DNA of 64,000 nucleotides. It comes from a virus. The notes beneath the pieces are model-generated. The model was not told the DNA's origin and made no database searches. It was given only the letters and a program-made list of their open reading frames with translations. Both the position numbers and the translations under genes were made by a program. Each line of letters begins with the position of its first letter. Within the stretch, counting starts at the first letter, position 1. Shown piece by piece: positions 39,160-47,952 of this stretch. The stretch spans positions 13,958 through 77,957 of the IMG/VR virus record IMGVR_UViG_3300032325_000464, one strand, 5' to 3'.

Positions 39160-39654
39160 TACCGTTGAAAATTAAAAACTATGTTTAATAAGATATTATA
39201 TATTGCAGGAGCTGTTATTGTTCTATACCTATGGATAGGCACATTCCATAGTTTTGTTAACTATTTAGCATTTTAGTTGTTTTTGCATTTGCAATTATCG
39301 CATTTGCATTCAGACTTAATTTCATTAGCAACATCTGGTATAGACATTATTTGCTTCCAGGGTTATTCTTGCCACAAGTGCAGTTACCATCACACATAAT
39401 AGATCCTTTCGTTAGTTCTATTATACATCAGAGCTGATTCGTATACCGCCAAAATCTGAAAAATTTTAAATTTACCAAAATCTGAATATTTTGTAGTTAT
39501 GTATGATACATGATCGGTATAAGAAACACAAACTTTTTTAGTGCGCACACATTTACGGGCTTGTTTTTATTTTATCCTTGCGCTACCCGTACGACCCTTT
39601 TGTTTAGCAGTAGTGCCACCCTTTTCTATGCGACTACCGCCAGCCCTAACTTTT

Positions 39655-40212
39655 TTGCTTACGCAATTCACCACACTTGACTAGGTCGTGTCCCTTGTTC
39701 CATTGCTTACGGTCAAGGTAATAACTCAGAACAGTAGTCTGTTCGTATTCGCAATTTGAACACTTAGTTTTTCTCCACATTGTTGTTGTTGTCATTAGTT
39801 ATTTTCCTTTTCTGTTAGTGCGATTGTTAGTGAGGTGATACCGCTAATGGCTTGGTCAAATTCTTCCCAAGTGTCGAATGTTAGGACTACCATTTTCTAA
39901 TTGACCCCTTTGCTTTTGCTAATGATGTGAGCATTGACAATTCACGCTCAAACTCTGATGTGATGTTCCAATCACTATCTTCTGCTATCTTGAGATAAGC
40001 CTCTAGAGTTTTCTCTAGTTGGGCTAATGACATCTTCATAAAATCTGATGAAGTAGCGTATCTGTTCATACTAATTACACTCTCCATAAGCCTCGAAGCA
40101 GTATTCGCAACATTCCTGCTGGAATTCTTCTACATACACTCTTGGAGTGTAGTTGTCGCAGATTTCACACATTGCTACATCTGCTACATTTATCTTTAGT
40201 AAGTTCATCATT
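39655..40212 (-). other. Leftward unit of 3-4 tiny ORFs (two CxxC-containing; includes 39887-40087)
   Basis: GAAAGGA SDs, own promoter at 40241-40262; e.g. MNLLKINVADVAMCEICDNY...CCEYC. Confidence 0.55.
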
Positions 40213-40620
40213 CTGAACTCCTTTCTTTCTAACTACTTATACACTATCACCACCTACCGACATTTATGCTCATTTTACTAAACATTTTTATACAAACTTT
40301 TGCCCTCTTTTTTGTAGGGTATCTACAAGAACGACACGCCCGAGTGAGCGCGGGCCTGTGGATAACTATGTGTATAACTCTTTATAAGAACGTTATAAAA
40401 AACCCCCTAATTCCTGGCGTGTCGCTTGACAAATGTCGTAGGCCTATGATAGATTTTTACTAACAACAAAAGAAAAGGATAATCAAATGACAGTAGAAGT
40501 AATGTTTCACGATGGTTCAGCAATCTACCCTAGCTATGACCCAGAACACCGCAAAACTATTTTAGAATTCTACGCTAACCTTTTTGATAAGGGTGAAATT
40601 ATGTCTTGGAAGGTAATCTA

Positions 40621-40794
40621 ATGATGAGTCGCAAAGACTATGAGGCAATTGCCGAAATAATCAAAACATACAATCTACAACTTCCAGAAATTACTTTGGA
40701 AAGTATTGTGAATGACTTTTGTGAAATGCTAACAGAAGATAACCCACGGTTTGACGCTAACCGTTTTCGTGTTGCTGCTATGGAGGTAAACTAA
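40621..40794 (+). CDS. Small phage protein (SRKDYEAIA...DNPRFD..RF)
   Basis: ORF track with revised start; motif typical of small early phage proteins. Confidence 0.65.
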   Translation: MMSRKDYEAIAEIIKTYNLQLPEITLESIVNDFCEMLTEDNPRFDANRFRVAAMEVN

Positions 40795-41756
40795 TGATGT
40801 TTTACAACGGATTCAATCTAATGATTGACCTAATACTAATTGCTGTTGTGTATGTAATTGCTCACGGCATTGGATACCGCAAAAATAAAACACCATTCTA
40901 ACGGCGTGTTGATTTGACAGATCCCTCGAAAGAGGGCGCGGGCCTGTGGATAACCCTGTGAACAACTCCGTTATGAACTTGTTATGAAACACCCCAAAAG
41001 TATGCCAGAAATGTCAGTGGTTTGTGATAGGGTTTTTAGTAAGCCAAAAGAAAGGAATACCAAATGGATAAGATGTGTGTTTACTGCGAGAGTGTTTTCA
41101 CTAACGATACTATTGTTTGCCACAACTGTAATGAGTATGACGGAATGATGCCGTTGGAAAAAGCGGTTGACTATCTCAACCTTGACCCTAATGACTTTTA
41201 CTAAAATGTCAGACCCCTATACTAAGTTTATAGTAATCAGAAAGGATAACAGATGAAGCAATCAGTAATCACAGACACCACCATAAGCACTATTGTTGCT
41301 AAGGCAGAAGATGTCATTGACAGACCTCTAACCTACATGGAGAACGCACTTATAGAGTATGTAGTTGACCAGATTCGTTTAGGGTTGGTAGAGAAATGAC
41401 AATCGAAGAACTAGAAACTTTGATTTACCAAATTGACCTAATGCTAACTGAAAGTGTTAGCCAACTATTCACAACACCAGAGGAGAAATAAATGGAACTA
41501 GGTTTGATTCTTATTTTTATTGCTGTTGGCGTTTCAATTTTTGTTGGAACTTCGGTTGCCACAATTTTATTTTTGCTACAAGAAAATAACAGACTTGGCG
41601 AAGAGCTAGAAAAAAACGAAACCCCATTCTAAACGACACGCCCGAGAGGGCGCGGCCCATCGCAGGATAATAAATAACCTTAAGAATATTTTAAGATCTC
41701 CCCCAAAATGTCCTAGGTTAGTGATAAGATAATCTTATTAACGAAAGGAAACCCCA

Positions 41757-42278
41757 ATGACTAACCATGTAGAGATTTATTCAGAGATTGCAAGTCGTGC
41801 AACATTCGGCCAGGTAGAGCAGGCAACTAAGTGGTACCTTGACGCAGAGACAGTAGCACGTGAAGTTGCAGCCAACCTAGGCGTGACACTTGAAGTAGGT
41901 GCAACTATTGTTTCAGCATTCAGCCCTCGTGAGCGCTGGGCACGTAATGTTTCTAATGCTATCAAGTTTTCACTAGGCGAACATGTTACCGCTCTAGGCA
42001 ATAACATTCGCATGGCTAACGCTGCATTTGACTTAGGCTTCAAGGCTTTGAATGGTCAGAAGACTAATGCATTTGCTAAGGCTATTGCAGGCAATGAAGA
42101 ATCAGTTGTGATTGACGTATGGATGTTGCGAGCAGTTGGTATTGAGAAGAAGACACCTAACCAGTCTGGCTATAACGAACTTGCTAAAGCAGTGACTACT
42201 GTTGCAGTTAAGCATGGCATGACACCACGTGCAATGCAAGCCCTAATCTGGATTGTTGTTAGAGGAAGTGGAGAGTGA
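41757..42278 (+). CDS. Helical DNA-glycosylase-like phage protein (DUF7178-like)
   Basis: WY...SAFSPRERWARN...GQKTNAF...VVIDVWM...QALIW pattern; own promoter and GAAAGGA SD. Confidence 0.6.
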   Translation: MTNHVEIYSEIASRATFGQVEQATKWYLDAETVAREVAANLGVTLEVGATIVSAFSPRERWARNVSNAIKFSLGEHVTALGNNIRMANAAFDLGFKALNGQKTNAFAKAIAGNEESVVIDVWMLRAVGIEKKTPNQSGYNELAKAVTTVAVKHGMTPRAMQALIWIVVRGSGE

Positions 42279-42569
42279 TTGACAACAAAACCCTAGTATG
42301 GGATAATGGTAAGTAGTGGAGTATTATATTTGGTTGCCAGTATTTGTTTTGTTGTTTTTACTTTTGCTTTTTGCCCTGCTTCCAATTTTTGTTGGCATAA
42401 TTTTCTTTCTAGAATATTTGGCAGAAATATTTAGCAAAATAAAAAGCTGACAGACACTCACCGATCTGGAGGGCGCGGCACTTTTTCTATCAGAAGTCAA
42501 TTACGTTATGCATTAAAAATCTCCTAGAATATCCCCCAAAATGTCTGATGGTCATGCTAAGATAAATCT

Positions 42570-42725
42570 ATGAAGCTAGGAAAAGGTAATGAGGCAAGAC
42601 GTAAGGCAGAAAGCCAAGCGCTATTCTTTACTATGCTCAAAGCCCCTCACCTAGTAGCAACCCCCAAGAAATACAAAGGAAGCCGTCAGTCTAACAAGGC
42701 TAAGGCAATAAAGGAAAGTGAATAA
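42570..42725 (+). CDS. 51-aa basic protein (leaderless)
   Basis: ATG 6 nt after TAAGAT; MKLGKGNEARRKAESQ...KKYKGSRQSNKAKAIKESE. Confidence 0.6.
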   Translation: MKLGKGNEARRKAESQALFFTMLKAPHLVATPKKYKGSRQSNKAKAIKESE

Positions 42726-42864
42726 TGTACAGTTATATCTGTCAGGATTGTAATCGCTTTATCAACGGAGTTGAGACAATTTACTCCTATGCCCTCAAAA
42801 ATGTCTGTGGCAGATGTTATGCTATTCAGGCAGGACACCCCTCAACAAGAAAGCTGGTAAAGTA

Positions 42865-43059
42865 ATGCCAAAGTATAATGTAGCAGTTCAGTTATCAGGT
42901 AATGATGGAAACGCATTCTCAGTAATGGGAGCCGTAAAGTCTGCCCTCAAAAAAGCTGGAGCAAGTAGAGAAGAACTTGACGAATACGTATCAGACTCAA
43001 TGTCTGGCGACTATGACAACTTATTGCGTGTAGCAATGGAATGGGTAAAGGTAAAGTAA
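42865..43059 (+). CDS. Small phage protein (DGNAF motif family)
   Basis: LSGNDGNAFSVMG.V..AL..AG...MSGDYDNLL. Confidence 0.7.
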   Translation: MPKYNVAVQLSGNDGNAFSVMGAVKSALKKAGASREELDEYVSDSMSGDYDNLLRVAMEWVKVK

Positions 43060-43340
43060 TGGGAATGATGACAGCAATGGACTTGGCAGGTAGCGAAGTC
43101 TCATTAGAGCAACAACTATCAATTCACTTTAGTAGCAACTGTTATCCACCAATTCCACAACAGATGATTCCAACAGCTATTGCAGCGATTGACGCTTGTT
43201 GGGAAGAAGACTATGACTTGATGATACCGTTGCCAGATGGAGTATCTTTCAGAGGACAGACTGAAGTGTCTGCTAGAAATGTTGTTGAGTCTTACAGGCT
43301 TGACGCCTGGTTGGTTGATTACTACGAAGATGAAGAGTAG
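43059..43340 (+). CDS. Small acidic phage protein
   Basis: H..SNCYPP.P...I.LPDG motif; TAATG coupling. Confidence 0.65.
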   Translation: MGMMTAMDLAGSEVSLEQQLSIHFSSNCYPPIPQQMIPTAIAAIDACWEEDYDLMIPLPDGVSFRGQTEVSARNVVESYRLDAWLVDYYEDEE

Positions 43341-43550
43341 CTAACGCTGCCCCAGAAATGGGGCGCGGCCCAGGATCAGTCAAAAGTCAAACCGACACGC
43401 CCTTAAGAAGATAACAATTTATTCCCCAAATCGTTATAATTATTTTGCCTTTGGGGGTAGATAAATGTCGGTGGTTAGTGGTAAAATAAACCTATCAACA
43501 AAAGTTGGTAATAAAAACAAAACAGTCCCTCTGGGGCGGAACGGAAGCAA

Positions 43551-43703
43551 ATGTCAAACGCAACTCTAACTGTTGGCTCACAGTTCACCACTCTAAAGTC
43601 TGGAGTATCAGGCACAATTCAGGAAATCGTAAACAACAAGAACGGCACTCAGCGTGTTCGCCTTGATGTAAACGGACAGCCACGCTGGACTACTGTAAAG
43701 TAA
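43551..43703 (+). CDS. 50-aa beta-rich protein
   Basis: Manual translation MSNATLTVGSQFTTLKSGVSGTIQEIVNNKNGTQRVRLDVNGQPRWTTVK; GGAAG SD. Confidence 0.65.
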   Translation: MSNATLTVGSQFTTLKSGVSGTIQEIVNNKNGTQRVRLDVNGQPRWTTVK

Positions 43704-43851
43704 TAAACTAATTATTGTTGTGGCGTTAGACTACATAAAAGGGTGAATCAGAGTCTAGTTGAGAACCCCTGCCACTAACAATAAATGTCAGACCCTAATG
43801 ATAAAATAATGAAGTAAACAAAACCCCACAAGTAAAGGAAGCAATAAAATT

Positions 43852-44301
43852 ATGGCTAGAACTATGTCAGTAAAAATCCCTGTATCCGCACTAATCTCAG
43901 ACATTGAGAAGTCTATTGCCAAGATTGACGAAGCAATTACAAACTACGCATCAGACCGAAAGAAGTATGAGGTAGATGTTGCCGCATACAAAGAAAGTGT
44001 TGCTGAGTTTGTTTCTAATTTCATTAGCAAGAACGCATCAAGCATTGGCTATGACTACGAAAGTCTAATCCGTATCAACCACGCTTACAATGGCAAGGTA
44101 GAGTTGATACTTGACAAGGACTCCATTGAGGGTTTCCCTGAGAAGCCAGAAGAGCCAAGCAAGCCAAATGAGAAAGAGTGGTTTGGTCGTGAACACCAGA
44201 CACGCAAACAAATCCTAGAGCGTAATCTCAAGGTGCTGCGTATGACTACACAGGAAGAAGTTTCTGCTAGTTCATACTCCTCAGTAATGGAACTAATCTA
44301 A
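43852..44301 (+). CDS. Hypothetical coiled-coil protein
   Basis: 149-aa ORF with own promoter and AAAGGA SD. Confidence 0.75.
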   Translation: MARTMSVKIPVSALISDIEKSIAKIDEAITNYASDRKKYEVDVAAYKESVAEFVSNFISKNASSIGYDYESLIRINHAYNGKVELILDKDSIEGFPEKPEEPSKPNEKEWFGREHQTRKQILERNLKVLRMTTQEEVSASSYSSVMELI

Positions 44302-44549
44302 ATAATCAAACAACCTGAGCAAGTTGTAAAACTGCTTCCCGAATTGGGGTAGCGACTAGACGGGTAAAATAATTTCGCTCCACATCCCCCTCACAAAAGC
44401 TGAAGATCGCAAGATCACAAATACTGAGAGGGGGAAAAGGTGGGCGCGGCCCCCATAACGAATTGGTAACAAGTTTAAGAAACACTATTAAGAGCCCTTG
44501 TAAATGTCAGTGGTTGGCTGTAAAATATAGCTATAACGAAAGGAACCCC

Positions 44550-45352
44550 ATGGACGAGCAAGCAGAAGAAATCAAACAGGACCTAGCCGACTACTATGCT
44601 AACCCACAAGAATACACACTCTTTGACTTTGAGGAAATCTTTCAGGACAGGGACCCATTTGAATTCCTATAATGTCGTAGGGTCCTGGTAGAATTCAAAC
44701 AAATAACGAAAGGAAAATAATGAGCTTACTAAATAACATTGGATACGTTTCCTATGACGGAAACTATGGAGCTGAAGCGGACCTACTAGTTTTCGACAGC
44801 AATGACCTCACTCTACAACAGTGGGAAACCCTAGGTGAGATAAACGACAACTCTAGGTATGAGTATGTTGAAGCTATTTTTGCAGGTAAAGACCTATCTG
44901 AGTGGGAGGGCTAATGCTACGTACAGATGAGACTTACTGGAAAATCAAAGAGTACACAGATGAGGCCAAGGGTATAGCTTGGGACACATGTCACAAAATT
45001 TATATTCTTATGGATGACAATCAGGTAGCGCTAATGCGTGAGTATGAATATGACCCAATCATCACGTCAGAACAAATAAACCCAGCCGAAATGGCAACGG
45101 TTGCAGCTGTTTGGTTTGAAAAGTCTTGTGCACTAAGATTTGTAAATGCAGTCTACAGTGATACTTCAATTGGACACGAGGGTTTTGTCAACGTCATTGC
45201 GCAGTTTGAAGGCGATGAAGAAGAAGACGATGAATATGATGAGGATGAAGATGAGTAATATTTGGGAGCCAGCTCCAGGTGGAGTCTGGGATAGCTTCTT
45301 CCGTGAAGCAGGCTTTGACAATGGAGATAGCGAAGACGACGAAGACCTGTAG
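44550..45352 (+). other. Unit of small acidic ORFs (44550-44672, 44720-44914, 44914-45258 and a short terminal ORF)
   Basis: ORF track, GAAAGGA SDs, promoters at 44505 and 44673. Confidence 0.65.
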
Positions 45353-45544
45353 TGCATTCCCTTACTTCCTTTCTGGAATGTACTACCGTCCTGGCCATGA
45401 CGTAAATCTGGCCACCTTTTGTGCGCGGCCCACTTAACAGATCCATAACAACTTTAAGAAGAATTAAGATGTTTCCCTAAAACCCCTTGTAAATGTCGGT
45501 GGGTAGCTGTAAAATGATACTACCCGAAAAGAAAGGAACCCCCA

Positions 45545-46048
45545 ATGGGAACCAGAAACCTAACAGTAGTAAAGAATAAAGCAGGGAAAAACAAGATTGC
45601 TCAATACGGACAATGGGACGGCTACCCAAGTTATTCAGGTGTTCAAGCCCTAGCATTTCTAAGAGACGAAGGCAACCAAGCCCTGCTACAAGCAAAGCTA
45701 GACCTTGTCCAGTTTGTTGGTGATGAGGAAGTAGATACCCTGTATAAGCAGTATGAAACTACCGATTGGGAGAATAAAGATTTCCTAAACGCATACCCTG
45801 GACTTCACAGAGATACTGGTGTTGGTATCCTATCAGTAGTTGCTAACGCTGTTGCTCCTGTCAAGACTGTTGATAACACAGAGTTTGCTAAAGATGAATT
45901 GTTTTGTGAAGGTATCTTTGAGGTAGACTTCAAGACTAACAAGTTTATTACTGTCTATGCTGACAAGAAGGTTGAGTTTGACCTTGCCACTCTACCAACA
46001 GATGAAGAATACCTAGCCCAGTGGGAAGTGCAGCAAGTTGCTTCATAA
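45545..46048 (+). CDS. Uncharacterised phage protein (MGTR...QWDGYP family)
   Basis: MGTRNL...AQYGQWDGYP motif; own promoter and SD. Confidence 0.75.
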   Translation: MGTRNLTVVKNKAGKNKIAQYGQWDGYPSYSGVQALAFLRDEGNQALLQAKLDLVQFVGDEEVDTLYKQYETTDWENKDFLNAYPGLHRDTGVGILSVVANAVAPVKTVDNTEFAKDELFCEGIFEVDFKTNKFITVYADKKVEFDLATLPTDEEYLAQWEVQQVAS

Positions 46049-46462
46049 TCTAGATACCAAATACCTAACAGGGGACATCGCAAAGGATGTTCAGTTTATA
46101 AAAGATAACCTTAGTATTGATGACGAAGAGTTCTTTAGAAGGGCTATGGCTAACATAATGTCTGAGGGTAATGCTAGAATTGACTTACTTACTGGAGAGG
46201 AACTAAACAAACTATGAAGAAAACTTGGCAAGTAGAGTATAGTGCTACCTATTGGGTAGAAGCAGAAACAGAAGATGAAGCAATTGAATTGGCTATTGAA
46301 TCACACGCTGACCTACCAGACGGTAGTTGGGAAGCAATGATTGACCCCTATGATAGCAACAACTTCAATACGCTAGGAGAAAAGTGATTATCGAATGCCC
46401 CAACCATGAGGGCAACTTTGACTGTACACCATTTTGCAATTTGTGTGAAGGAGAACAAGAGT

Positions 46463-46645
46463 ATGTCAGTGAGTGAACTAGAACAAATCGGGTATGAAGA
46501 AGGAATGAAGGATACCTATGCTTACATTATCAATACTATACGTAAGGCAATAGAGAATCCTTCACTTGATGTCATACCGTCAAAAATGGCACTACAAGTC
46601 CTGTTGGCAAGTTTAGAAGCTGACAGGGAAGAGAGCACGGTCTAA
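46463..46645 (+). CDS. Small hypothetical protein
   Basis: AAGGAG SD; GYEEG motif. Confidence 0.55.
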   Translation: MSVSELEQIGYEEGMKDTYAYIINTIRKAIENPSLDVIPSKMALQVLLASLEADREESTV

Positions 46646-46795
46646 GCTCCCCGAAAGGGGCGCGGCCCCAATATAACAGATCTATAACAACTTTAAGAAC
46701 CTTAAGAATGTTTCCCCAGATGGCTTGACATTGTCGGTGGGTCATGGGATAATAGTCTTACTAAACATTCACCCCTAAAAGAAAGTTGAACACAA

Positions 46796-47809
46796 ATGGC
46801 TCATGACCTAGAATCCGCAAACGGCCAGACTGCTTTTGCTTCATTGCGACAGCCAGCTTGGCATGGTCTTGGAACTGTTTTCCAAGACGAGGTAGACACA
46901 TCAGAAATGTTGTCTCTGGCTCACCTAAACGATTGGAACGTCCGTCTTGAAGATGTAGAGACTCCAGAGGGTTTCAACAGCGACAAGTCTTATTCATTCG
47001 TGACAAGAACTAACCCATTCGACAGAAACACTAACGACATTCTTGGTGTTGTTGGTGAACGCTATGTCCCTCTTCAGAATGAGGACTTATTTTCATTCGG
47101 AGACAACCTGCTAGACGGCGGAGGTCGTTGGGAAACTGCTGGCTCTATCAAGGGTGGGCGTGTTGTCTTTGGCTCTATCGCATTGGATAACTCAATTACC
47201 CTAGACCCAAATGGCATTGCTGATAAGATTGATAACTATCTTCTAATCAACACTAGCCACGACGGCTCTATTGCGATTCAGGCTTCTATCACACCTGTTC
47301 GTGTTGTTTGTGCCAACACTCTAAACCTTGCTCTATCTTCATTCAAGGGCAAGAAAGATGTCAAGCAAACTTTCAAGATTCGCCACACACAGACTGCCGA
47401 AGGTAAAATTGCGGTTGCTCGTGAGGCTCTTGGACTTGCTCACAAATACATTGACGAGTTCTCAACTATGGCTAACGAAATGATTCAGACTGAAATTACT
47501 AAGGCTCAGTTTGATAAGATTGTTGAACTTGCCTACCCTGCCCCTGCTAAGGACGCCAAGGGTTCACAGAAAAAGTATGACAGCAAAATTGATTTGCTTC
47601 AGTCTATTTATGTTGGCGATTTCAATAACACCATTAGCGGAACTGCTTGGGGTGCTTTCAATGCTCTAACCGAAAGACTAGACTGGTATCGCAATTCCCG
47701 AGGCGGAAAGAACGAAAGCATTCTTGCTTCTGCTTCTGGCTTTGACCCAATGATAAACGCTGAGAAGAATCGTTTGATGAAAGTTGTTCGCCAAGCCGTA
47801 ATGGCATAA
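46796..47809 (+). CDS. DUF932 / TIGR03299-family phage-plasmid protein
   Basis: MAHDLE...PAWHGLG...YVPLQNE...WETAGSIKGG...SHDGS...RVVCANTL...RHT...TAWGAFNALTE. Confidence 0.85.
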   Translation: MAHDLESANGQTAFASLRQPAWHGLGTVFQDEVDTSEMLSLAHLNDWNVRLEDVETPEGFNSDKSYSFVTRTNPFDRNTNDILGVVGERYVPLQNEDLFSFGDNLLDGGGRWETAGSIKGGRVVFGSIALDNSITLDPNGIADKIDNYLLINTSHDGSIAIQASITPVRVVCANTLNLALSSFKGKKDVKQTFKIRHTQTAEGKIAVAREALGLAHKYIDEFSTMANEMIQTEITKAQFDKIVELAYPAPAKDAKGSQKKYDSKIDLLQSIYVGDFNNTISGTAWGAFNALTERLDWYRNSRGGKNESILASASGFDPMINAEKNRLMKVVRQAVMA

Positions 47810-47952
47810 GCGACACGCAGACCTCCTGGCTTGACAGCTGGGAGGATCTGTGGCGCGGCCCCCTTATCACTAATAAGATATTAACTTATAAAAAACCTAT
47901 TAAGAAGTCCTTGACTTTTTCCCCAAAACGTGAGAGAATATATTTATCAAAC

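Larger units (their letters stand above)
40241..46753. promoter_or_regulatory. Family of 14 promoters with consensus (AA)TGTC-N12-TANNNT
   Basis: TGTC at 40434, 41012, 41207, 41709, 42542, 42802, 43466, 43786, 44505, 44673, 45494, 46159, 46732 (+) and 40262 (-). The -10 hexamer always starts 16 nt after the T of TGTC (GATAAT in the 46732 copy). Confidence 0.85.

Noticed and set aside
42570-42725. Basic 51-aa protein as an ArfA-like ribosome rescue factor
   Set aside because: Only compositional resemblance (KGS, Lys/Arg-rich); kept as hypothetical.
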